15,310 nucleotides of DNA from a bacterium. GTDB taxonomy: Bacteria > Muiribacteriota > UBA6191. The position numbers and the translations under genes are program-made. Location of the stretch: NCBI GenBank assembly GCA_036339875.1, contig JAYZAC010000005.1, positions 1-15,310 on the forward strand. The letters run 5' to 3'. This document shows positions 8,010-15,310 of the stretch, one piece after another. The first letter of the stretch is position 1, and each line of letters starts with the position of its first letter. The notes below the pieces were generated by a model. The model had not been told where the DNA came from, searched no databases, and saw only the letters and a program-made list of their open reading frames with translations.

Positions 8010-8572
8010 TGAAACGAGTTTTCATAGGTGTTTTATTGCCGGAGAAACTTAGAAAATCGATTTACAGTCTTCAGGCTGGATTATCCGGCGTCAGACTAAT
8101 TCCTACGGAGAATATGCATTTAACATTGAGATTTGTAGGTCTAATTAATGAGCCCGAATTAAAAGATTTAGATAAAATTCTGTCCAGATTAGAGTTTGAG
8201 GAATTTCCGATGCGTTTGGAGGGTGTTGGGGTTTTTCCTTTCAAGGGTGCTGCTAAAACACTCTGGGTTGGCTTGAGCACCAGTAAAGCATTGATAAAAT
8301 TTCAGGCCTTAATCGAAAAAAAATGTAGGTCTATGGGTTTACAACCAGATTCAAGAAATTATCACCCTCATGTAACTCTGGGTCGAGTGAGGTATTTGCG
8401 TCAAAACGAGATTTCCAATTGGTTGAGTACCTATCAAAGTTTCAAATCAGACGACTTCCTACTGGATCAGTTTCAGTTAATACATTCGATTTTAAATTCA
8501 TCTGGCTCGGTTTATAATTGTATTTCGAATTACAAGCTTGCAATAAACTACGAATTACATGATTTCAATTAG
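8009..8572 (+). CDS. thpR: RNA 2',3'-cyclic phosphodiesterase (2H phosphoesterase, LigT/ThpR)
   Basis: MKRVFIG start overlaps the mutM stop (TGATG at 8007-8011). Two HxT motifs, HLTLRF and PHVTLGR. Confidence 0.92.
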   Translation: MKRVFIGVLLPEKLRKSIYSLQAGLSGVRLIPTENMHLTLRFVGLINEPELKDLDKILSRLEFEEFPMRLEGVGVFPFKGAAKTLWVGLSTSKALIKFQALIEKKCRSMGLQPDSRNYHPHVTLGRVRYLRQNEISNWLSTYQSFKSDDFLLDQFQLIHSILNSSGSVYNCISNYKLAINYELHDFN

Positions 8573-8583
8573 GAGGGTTTCTT

Positions 8584-9240
8584 ATGAGTAATTGGGCTGT
8601 TCTTTTTGATTGGGATGGTGTGGTAATTGATTCTTCCTCAATGCATGAAAAAAGTTGGGAAATAGTTGCCGAAGAGTATTCATTATCGTTACCTGAAGGT
8701 CATTTCAAGGCAGGTTTTGGTAAGAGAAATGAAACTATAATTCCTCAAATACTAAAGTGGTCTAATGAGCCTGATGAAATTAGGGAAATTGCTTTTGCCA
8801 AAGAATCAGCTTATCGACATCTTATAAAAGAGCAGGGAATCGAAGCACTTCCCGGTGTTAGAGATTTTCTGAGTTGGTTGAATTCAGAAAGTGTGCCTTG
8901 TGTGATTGCATCTTCAACACCAAAGGATAATTTACTAGCGGCACTGCCTGTTTTAGGTTTAGAAGATTTTTTTGTAGGGATGATTTCTGGCGATGATGTA
9001 ATCAATGGAAAACCACATCCAGAGCCCTTCTTGAGAGCGGCCACAATTGTTAATACTAATCCACAAAATTGCTTAGTTCTAGAGGATAGTCATTCAGGCG
9101 TAGCGGCTGGCTTGGTTGCCGGTTGTAAGGTGATCGCTGTTGGTACAACTCACCCTTTAAATAGTTTCGATGGTGTTCATGCTAAGGTACCCAACTTAAA
9201 GTCATTGGATTACGACCGTATTAAGAGCTGGTTTGAATGA
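8584..9240 (+). CDS. HAD-superfamily hydrolase, subfamily IA (beta-phosphoglucomutase/CbbY-like phosphatase)
   Basis: Motif I FDWDGVVIDS, motif II ASS, motif III GKPHPEPF, motif IV LEDSHSG. SD AGGAGG. Confidence 0.92.
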   Translation: MSNWAVLFDWDGVVIDSSSMHEKSWEIVAEEYSLSLPEGHFKAGFGKRNETIIPQILKWSNEPDEIREIAFAKESAYRHLIKEQGIEALPGVRDFLSWLNSESVPCVIASSTPKDNLLAALPVLGLEDFFVGMISGDDVINGKPHPEPFLRAATIVNTNPQNCLVLEDSHSGVAAGLVAGCKVIAVGTTHPLNSFDGVHAKVPNLKSLDYDRIKSWFE

Positions 9241-10178
9241 GTCGCACAGGTTTTGTTGATCACACCGATTATGATTTGCATGTACAATCCCAGGGGCATC
9301 CCGAATGCCCTGAGCGGCTTCAGAGTATCAGATTGGAGTTACGAGCACGTAATTTGATGAATAAGCTATACAAATTACAGATAGAGCCGTTGAGTATTGA
9401 ACATTTACTTAGAGTTCATGCTCAGGATTATATCGATACAGTAATAAAGATCAGTGAGCGTGGCGGTGGGCTTCTAGATGATGGTGATACTGTTGCTTGT
9501 AAATTCAGTTATCAAGCTGCAAACTTGGCTGCTTCAGGAGTAATTCAGGCTTCAAATGCCATAATGCAAAAAAGTATAAAAAATGCTTTTTGTGCGGTGA
9601 GGCCACCAGGGCATCACGCACTTTCATACAGAGCTATGGGTTTTTGTATTTTTAATAATATTTCTCTGGTAGCCCGTTATCTTCAAGAAAAGTATTCAAT
9701 TAAGAAGATTTTAATTATAGATTTTGATGTTCATCACGGTAATGGTACCCAAGATATTTTTTATGATGATTCGAGCGTTTACTTTTTTTCAACTCATCAG
9801 TATCCATTTTATCCTGGTACTGGGTCAGCAGATGAAATAGGGCGAGGAGCTGGTGAGGGTTTTACGATGAATGTTCCATTAGAAGCATATTCGGGTGGAA
9901 ATAAAATATTGGAGGCTCTTGAAGGGCCTTTGTATTCTGCAATGCAGATTTACAAACCAGAATTTATACTTCTTAGTAGTGGTTATGATGCTTTTCATTT
10001 AGACCCGGTAGGTGGCCTGCAGGTTAAGAGAGAAGAATTTCGACAAATTAATAAGGTGGCGTTAAAAATGGCGAATGAATTTTGCCAGGGTCGATTAATA
10101 TCAGTGCTTGAAGGTGGATATAATACAGAAATTCTAGGCAAACTAGTTGCTGATCAGGTCGAGGATTTTCTACAATAG
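9237..10178 (+). CDS. Zn-dependent histone deacetylase family protein (class II-like amidohydrolase)
   Basis: Motifs HPECPERL, RPPGHHA, GFCIFNN, DFDVHHGNGTQ, GYDA...DP, LEGGY. ATGA overlap with the HAD gene. Confidence 0.94.
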   Translation: MSRTGFVDHTDYDLHVQSQGHPECPERLQSIRLELRARNLMNKLYKLQIEPLSIEHLLRVHAQDYIDTVIKISERGGGLLDDGDTVACKFSYQAANLAASGVIQASNAIMQKSIKNAFCAVRPPGHHALSYRAMGFCIFNNISLVARYLQEKYSIKKILIIDFDVHHGNGTQDIFYDDSSVYFFSTHQYPFYPGTGSADEIGRGAGEGFTMNVPLEAYSGGNKILEALEGPLYSAMQIYKPEFILLSSGYDAFHLDPVGGLQVKREEFRQINKVALKMANEFCQGRLISVLEGGYNTEILGKLVADQVEDFLQ

Positions 10179-10184
10179 TGGTTT

Positions 10185-10859
10185 ATGCTAAATTTCGATG
10201 AACTTCCGGTGTACCGCTTGGCACGTAAGAATATGGTGGAGCGACAGCTTGCTTCACGCGGTATTAGTAATGATATCCTGCTTAATGCAATGGGTGAGGT
10301 GCCAAGACATCAGTTCGTTCGAAGTGCTTTATGGCCAGATGCGTATCAAGACAGACCGTTACCGATAGCATGTGGTCAGACTATAAGCCAGCCATATATG
10401 GTTGCCGCTATGACTGAAGCATTAGATCTTAAACCTGGTATGCGAGTCTTAGAAATTGGAACCGGAAGTGGGTATCAGACGGCGGTCTTATTAGCTATGG
10501 GTTGCGAGGTTTGCGGACTTGAACGTCATTCTGAACTGCTCGATCAATCTTGTAAAAATTTAGAAATTCTAGGTTTTGAAAAGCCTGACTTACGATTGGG
10601 TAATGCATACGATGGTTGGCCAGAGAAATCTGCTTTTGACAGAATTTTAGTAGCTGCTTCTGCTGCGAATTTTCCCGTAAAATTGGTAAATAGTTTAAAG
10701 ACCGACGGTTACTGTGTGATTCCAGAAGGAGAAAGTTCTCAGGAGCTTGTGCTATACAAGAAGATCCAATCTGGATTACAGCGTAAAGTTCTAATGCCCG
10801 TCAGGTTTGTTCCCCTCGTTGATGATAAACCAGAACCTAATCGTGATTATAATTCGTAG
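10185..10859 (+). CDS. pcm: Protein-L-isoaspartate(D-aspartate) O-methyltransferase
   Basis: VPRHQFV, AYQDRPLPI..GQTISQPYMVA, VLEIGTGSGYQ, VRFVPLV. Confidence 0.95.
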   Translation: MLNFDELPVYRLARKNMVERQLASRGISNDILLNAMGEVPRHQFVRSALWPDAYQDRPLPIACGQTISQPYMVAAMTEALDLKPGMRVLEIGTGSGYQTAVLLAMGCEVCGLERHSELLDQSCKNLEILGFEKPDLRLGNAYDGWPEKSAFDRILVAASAANFPVKLVNSLKTDGYCVIPEGESSQELVLYKKIQSGLQRKVLMPVRFVPLVDDKPEPNRDYNS

Positions 10860-10929
10860 GCTACTGCTAGTCGTCATCCATACTTCAGGTTTTTATTTTA
10901 CTGAATCTACTTGAAAAAGATAATTCGTA

Positions 10930-10948
10930 CTTGAGTTTAAGTCTCAAG
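10930..10948. promoter_or_regulatory. Inverted repeat (HAIR-like operator candidate) upstream of the M48 protease
   Basis: CTTGAG-tttaagt-CTCAAG. It resembles the HspR HAIR consensus CTTGAGT-N7-ACTCAAG but is 2 nt shorter. Confidence 0.3.
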
Positions 10949-10968
10949 CCTGATATCTCTATTGCCCT

Positions 10969-12195
10969 GTGAAATTTGAATTATTTATATTACTGGTTAT
11001 CGCTGCCAGACTCTCAGCGGAAATTATTTTACTATTAGTTAACCGAGCTTACTTAAAGAAGCGTGCCTCCGAGCTAATTGGTAGCTCAGATGAGATTGCT
11101 CCGAATCGTTTGAATTATTGTCTAGAGAAATTTTCATTTGGAGGTTTTCAGATGATTTTTGACGCAATCATCTTGATAGCCTTTCTTTACTCAGGAATCC
11201 TACCGCAATTTTTCGAATGGTTTAGGACATTAGCTGGTAGTGGAATATGGAGTGGTTCTGCTTTGTTAATTGCTATCTCTATGATAATGGGAATTTTTAG
11301 CTTCCCTTGGGATTATTATCATCATTTTGTTCTCGAACAAAAATACGGATTCAATAAGATGGGGGTAGCCTTGTGGTTGAAAGATCATCTCAAGGGATTG
11401 CTCTTAGGTGTCATAATTGGTGTACCGCTTGTGGCTGGACTACTTTGGTTGTACGAAAATCTTGGTGACGGATGGTGGATCTATGCATCCCTAGTCATGA
11501 TTGCATTTCAATTGCTAGGTCTATTCTTGTTCCCCAAACTCATTTTGCCTTTATTCTACAAATTAGAAGATCTTCCAGACGGTGAGCTTAAGCAGCAGTT
11601 GGGTAAATTCATGAATACATGTGATTTTGAGGCTAGTAAGATGCAAGTCATGGATGGAAGTACTAGAAGTGGTCATTCGAATGCTTTTTTCACAGGTTTT
11701 GGTAGGGCTCGCCAAGTTGTTTTATTCGATACTTTGATCGAGCAACTAGATTCTCGTCAACTAAAAGCTGTTCTCGCACATGAGATTGGTCATTATAGAT
11801 TGGGACATATTCCTCGAAGGTTGATCTTTGCAACAATAAGTTTGTTTGGTTCATTTTACTTATTAAATGTGTTGAGTCAGTGGCCACCTTTTTTCGAAAG
11901 TTTCGGATTCAGTGCTGGGGACCCGGTTGCCTTATTTCTATTGGTATCTCTTTTGCTTGGTGAATTTATGTTTTGGTTTTCTCCCATTGGTAATGGTTTA
12001 TCTCGTAAACATGAGTTTGAGGCTGATGCCTTTGCTAAAGAAAAGACAGATGATCCGGAGGCGTTAGTGGAAGCTCTCCAAATTTTAGCTGAAGAGAATT
12101 TATCTAACCCTTACCCTCATAAGATATTCAATCTCTTTTATGCTTCACATCCTGATCTTCACGAGCGACGTAATGCTCTATTAAAAGTCTCATGA
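10969..12195 (+). CDS. M48 family integral-membrane zinc metalloprotease, Ste24/CAAX prenyl protease-like
   Basis: Multiple TM segments, F.LEQKYGFNKM, MDGSTRSGHSNAFFTGFG, HEIGH zinc motif, SRKHEFEADAFA, SHP. GTG start. Confidence 0.94.
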   Translation: MKFELFILLVIAARLSAEIILLLVNRAYLKKRASELIGSSDEIAPNRLNYCLEKFSFGGFQMIFDAIILIAFLYSGILPQFFEWFRTLAGSGIWSGSALLIAISMIMGIFSFPWDYYHHFVLEQKYGFNKMGVALWLKDHLKGLLLGVIIGVPLVAGLLWLYENLGDGWWIYASLVMIAFQLLGLFLFPKLILPLFYKLEDLPDGELKQQLGKFMNTCDFEASKMQVMDGSTRSGHSNAFFTGFGRARQVVLFDTLIEQLDSRQLKAVLAHEIGHYRLGHIPRRLIFATISLFGSFYLLNVLSQWPPFFESFGFSAGDPVALFLLVSLLLGEFMFWFSPIGNGLSRKHEFEADAFAKEKTDDPEALVEALQILAEENLSNPYPHKIFNLFYASHPDLHERRNALLKVS

Positions 12196-14651
12196 GTCTG
12201 AGAGTAACTCTTAATAAAAACGAGGCATGTTGGCGAGCTAAATTAATTCAGACCGGTTTTAAGCAGTCGATTAATTTAAGGTTTGACAGAGGATCTTCGC
12301 AATTCACAGGTATAACTACGATTCATCTTGATTGTCTTGAATCCTGTGAAGGCTTGTGGTTAGAGTATGTAGGCAAGTCTGTGGATCAACTATTACTCAA
12401 TGGTGTACCTCAAAAGGTAGATTGGGATGGAAAGCGTTTGCAATTACCTTCAATTAAGATAGGTGCAAAAATCATTGAGGTACATTTTACTGCAGAAGTT
12501 ACCAATAGAGGTGTTGGAATACATCATTACCATGATCCCAAAAATCAGACAGATTATTACTATTCAAATTTATGTCCTTATGACGCGGGTCGTATATTCC
12601 CTTGCTTTGATCAACCAGACTTGAAAGCTCGTTTTTCTTTGAGTGTAGATATACCCTCGGAATGGGTGGTTGTGGCAAATTATCCTCTGGAGAATGAGAC
12701 TATTACGGGAGAAATCAAGCATGTAAAATTTGCAGAGACGCCGCCATTGGCTACGTATGTATTTGCACTTTGCTTTGGTAATTATAAAAAAATTGAAGGT
12801 CCTTCGGGTGGACTGCCAATGAATATCTACTGTAGGTCTGAAAAGATAGGAGATGTTGATTCGGACTATATTTTCAAAATAATTGATGACGCAAGAATAT
12901 TTTACGAAGAATTCTTTAGAACGGATTTCGGCTTCGCAAAGTATGATCAAGTCTTTGTACCAGAGTTTAATTGGGGCGCAATGGAAAACGTCGGCTGTGT
13001 AGTACTTAGAGAGGAAATGCTTTTCTCATCTCCCCCCAGTAATCGAGAATTGTTTGGTAGAGATAATACTTTAGTTCATGAGTTAGCCCACATGTGGTTT
13101 GGTAATCTTGTGACGATGGATTGGTGGGATGACCTTTGGCTTAATGAGGCATTTGCAACTTTGATGGCATATATATGTCTCGAAAGAATCGGTTACCATG
13201 ACGATTCTTCTCTGTACTTTCATTATGAAGTCCAAGTAGAGGCAAAAGAGCAGGATAGTTTTCGATCAACTCATCCTGTCGTTGTAGATTGTCGGAACAC
13301 TGATGAAGCCTTTCAAAACTTTGATGCAATTACATATCTAAAAGGTGCTTCGGTCTTAAAGCAACTTTTGTATTTTATCGGAGAAGAAGAATTTAGTCTC
13401 GGTTTGGAAGCTTTTTTTAGGGAGTTCAAATTTGCCAATGCAAATTTGCATAAGTTTTTAGAATATTTCGGAGATATGAATTTATCTGAATGGTCGACCC
13501 AATGGTTGAACAGCGTTGGTTTTAATAGACTTTTGTGCTCACAATCTACAGACAGTTTAGAAATTATGCAGACTAGCGATAAAGGTCCAGATTATCGTAA
13601 AAGAAGTTTTCTTTTACAGGCTTGGAGTTTAAGGAATGGTGGAAAAATCCTATGGGAGCAGAAGATAAGGATGGAGCAGGCTAAGCTGATTGTAAATGTT
13701 CCCTCAATATCTCCTGATCTCTGGATATTAAATGGCGATGATCACGATTTCGTAAAGATGGCTTTAGATTCAAATTCCTTCAATAATTTGTCTAATAATA
13801 TTTCGTCTTTGGAATCAGAGGCTTTGAAGTTGCAGTTGTGTACAAGTTTGTTTGAGATGGTAGAAGAGGGGCGACTAGCATTAAAATCTTTTTATGAAAT
13901 GTTCAGTCCTATACTTCTCTCAAATTCTAAAGGTTTTGTGAGAAGGGTCTGTCTAGATAGGTTAAGTCCATATTTAAATTGTAGAGAAATGTATTCAGTA
14001 AAGTTAAGCATTATAAGCAATTTACATGAGCAATTTTTTGATTCAGAGGGTGAGTCAAGAATTTATAATTTTCGAAAATTACTTACATTATCGCGAACTG
14101 AGAATGAAAGGCTCGCTCTGAGATCTTATCTTGATGTTGATTTAAATGAAGATCAGCGCCTTGAATTATTAGCTAATTTGGCAGCTATGAATAATCAGGT
14201 GGGTGACAATGCTCTAAAAGAATTACAGACATATCAAAGTTACAAGGCCAGGAGAATCTATTCTAAAGCTTTGGTTTCACACTCCAGAGATGAAGAGCGT
14301 GAAGAATACTTTAAAAGTTTTTTTACCGATCAAGAATCTTCGCTTGGTGAATTATCAGCGAGAATGGCCGGTTTTTTTGTCTACGGTTTGGATTTAGATT
14401 TAGAAAATTATGCTTCTGAATATTATTGTATGCTTGCAAATATTGAATCTGAAAGAGATCAAAATTTTTTGAAACGCTATTTCATTGATCTTCATCCCTC
14501 TGGATTTATTAGTTTAGGGTTGTCTAAAATTTCTGCCATGCTAGAGGATGAACAAAGTGCAGTGATGTATCGACAATTAATACACTGGCAGGATTATTTT
14601 CTCAAAAAGAAAAAAATATATGATTCGAACAAATTTATGATTGACAGTTGA
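12192..14651 (+). CDS. pepN: M1 family aminopeptidase N (Streptomyces-type PepN) with a divergent C-terminal helical domain
   Basis: FPCFDQPDLKARF, KYDQVFVPEFNWGAMEN, HELAHMWFGNLVTMDWWDDLWLNEAFA (HExxH-18-E), NFDAITYLKGASVLKQL. ATGA overlap with the M48 gene. Confidence 0.92.
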   Translation: MSLRVTLNKNEACWRAKLIQTGFKQSINLRFDRGSSQFTGITTIHLDCLESCEGLWLEYVGKSVDQLLLNGVPQKVDWDGKRLQLPSIKIGAKIIEVHFTAEVTNRGVGIHHYHDPKNQTDYYYSNLCPYDAGRIFPCFDQPDLKARFSLSVDIPSEWVVVANYPLENETITGEIKHVKFAETPPLATYVFALCFGNYKKIEGPSGGLPMNIYCRSEKIGDVDSDYIFKIIDDARIFYEEFFRTDFGFAKYDQVFVPEFNWGAMENVGCVVLREEMLFSSPPSNRELFGRDNTLVHELAHMWFGNLVTMDWWDDLWLNEAFATLMAYICLERIGYHDDSSLYFHYEVQVEAKEQDSFRSTHPVVVDCRNTDEAFQNFDAITYLKGASVLKQLLYFIGEEEFSLGLEAFFREFKFANANLHKFLEYFGDMNLSEWSTQWLNSVGFNRLLCSQSTDSLEIMQTSDKGPDYRKRSFLLQAWSLRNGGKILWEQKIRMEQAKLIVNVPSISPDLWILNGDDHDFVKMALDSNSFNNLSNNISSLESEALKLQLCTSLFEMVEEGRLALKSFYEMFSPILLSNSKGFVRRVCLDRLSPYLNCREMYSVKLSIISNLHEQFFDSEGESRIYNFRKLLTLSRTENERLALRSYLDVDLNEDQRLELLANLAAMNNQVGDNALKELQTYQSYKARRIYSKALVSHSRDEEREEYFKSFFTDQESSLGELSARMAGFFVYGLDLDLENYASEYYCMLANIESERDQNFLKRYFIDLHPSGFISLGLSKISAMLEDEQSAVMYRQLIHWQDYFLKKKKIYDSNKFMIDS

Positions 14652-14669
14652 TAGTTTGAACTGTACATT
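14641..14669 (+). promoter_or_regulatory. Putative sigma70 promoter of the stand-alone 23S rRNA gene
   Basis: Perfect TTGACA(14641-14646)-N17-TACATT(14664-14669), preceded by an A/T-rich tract at 14604-14640. Confidence 0.6.
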
Positions 14670-14759
14670 CGTATCTCCGTTTGAAATGAAACGGTTCTAA
14701 ACCCGCTGATTTGAATATTGTTAACGAGTTTAATGATTTTCATTTTTGCCGAGGTTTTT

Positions 14760-14772
14760 TGATTTTTGACAA
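14760..14772 (+). promoter_or_regulatory. boxA-like rRNA antitermination element
   Basis: TGATTTTTGACAA resembles rrn boxA (TGCTCTTTAACAA / GTTCTTTGAAAA types) and lies about 90 nt downstream of the putative promoter. Confidence 0.4.
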
Positions 14773-14862
14773 GAGTATAGGTAAAAGAGTTTTTCTGTAA
14801 GATGAACATGCATCTATTTTGGGCTAATTATTAGTTATGATTTAGGTGTGTGATTTATTCGA

Positions 14863-14888
14863 CACAATAGGTCTGCGGATTTATTGTG
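14863..14888 (+). other. Pre-rRNA leader hairpin with cUNCGg tetraloop
   Basis: CACAATAGGTC-TGCG-GATTTATTGTG forms an 11-bp stem (two G.U pairs) with a C-G closed UGCG loop. The G.U pairs only work on the plus-strand RNA. Confidence 0.6.
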
Positions 14889-14970
14889 ATTTCATATAGA
14901 GAAGATTGTTAAAAAGTCTTTAGATATTTTGATATAGGCGTTTTATGCTGTTTTGTGCAGTGTAAAGTTT

Positions 14971-15310
14971 TATTAGATATGTAAGGGCGTATGGTGGATG
15001 CCTTGACACTTCGTACCGATGAAGGGCGTGATAAGCTGCGAAAATCTTGGGTGAGTTGCACATAAGCGTTGACCCCGAGGTCCCCGAATGGGTAAACCCG
15101 ATACATTATTATGTATCACCCACGACTGAAATGAGTGATCTATTAGGTTGTGAGGAGGGAACCCGGCGAACTGAAACATCTAAGTAACCGGAGGAAGAGA
15201 AAGCAAAAGCGATTCCCTTAGTAGTGGCGAGCGAAAGGGGAACAGCCTAAACCGTGTAACTGTATAAGCTTGCAGGCGTTGGTTGCACGGGGTAGTGGGA
15301 TATAGGAGCT
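14971..15310 (+). rRNA. rrl: 23S ribosomal RNA, 5' part (runs off the window end)
   Basis: Universal 23S domain I signatures: GGTGGATGCCTTG, CGATGAAGG, CCGAATGGG..AACCC, GAACTGAAACATCTAAGTA, GAGGAAGAGAAA, GATTCCCTTAGTAGTGGCGAGCGAA, CAGCCTAAACC. The 5' end is placed by register with the E. coli 23S start and may be off by a few nt. Confidence 0.97.

Noticed and set aside
88..13329. Short shadow ORFs (88-339, 1060-1320, 1450-1635, 1985-2197, 2411-2608, 2487-2699, 2831-3022, 5262-5549, 5744-5953, 6757-7011, 6953-7186, 8071-8280, 8811-9044, 11690-11887, 12570-12950, 13141-13329)
   Set aside because: All lie largely within well-supported genes on the opposite strand or in another frame, and none has recognisable motifs.
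14766..14803. Second TTGACA as a -35 element
   Set aside because: There is no -10 at 16-18 nt (TAAGAT is 26 nt away). The sequence is better explained as part of a boxA-like element.
14594..14809. 71-aa minus-strand ORF
   Set aside because: It overlaps the pepN end and the rRNA promoter/leader, has low-complexity AT-rich composition, and shows no motif.
14859..14887. TCGACA-N17-TATTGT as a P2 rRNA promoter
   Set aside because: It coincides with the cUNCGg leader hairpin, which explains the sequence as RNA structure. It is not excluded but is not called.
14652..14970. tRNA or 16S remnant in the pepN-23S gap (GGTTCTAAACCC resembles a T-loop)
   Set aside because: No cloverleaf, acceptor stem or anti-SD tail can be built.
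14909..15179. Minus-strand ORFs of 65 and 68 aa
   Set aside because: They are antisense to the 23S rRNA gene, a well-known source of spurious ORFs.
1..15310. CRISPR array, IS/transposase, integrase, prophage, defence island or alternative genetic code
   Set aside because: No periodic repeats or mobile-element genes were seen. TGA, TAA and TAG all terminate full-length conserved proteins at expected positions.

Overview
Gene-dense, AT-rich bacterial chromosome segment (genetic code 11) with no mobile element, CRISPR array or prophage signal. The order is: a 5'-truncated SDR oxidoreductase and a secreted endonuclease I-family nuclease (+); a minus-strand run of Nudix hydrolase, GNAT, MRB1590-like ABC-ATPase, Prx-like redoxin and histidine phosphatase; a hypothetical gene (+); an orphan moaA (-); a tightly coupled plus-strand run mutM-thpR-HAD-HDAC-pcm-M48(Ste24-like)-pepN; and the first ~340 nt of a 23S rRNA gene. 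The most notable feature is that the 23S gene is unlinked, with no 16S or tRNA upstream. It follows pepN after ~320 nt that carry a boxA-like element and leader hairpins, and a candidate sigma70 promoter has its perfect TTGACA in the last pepN codons. Secondary observations are a possible multi-macromolecule repair/quality-control cluster, active-site variants (SxxC redoxin, Glu->Cys PepN) and operator-like palindromes. No database searches were run, so family calls rest on recognised motifs.
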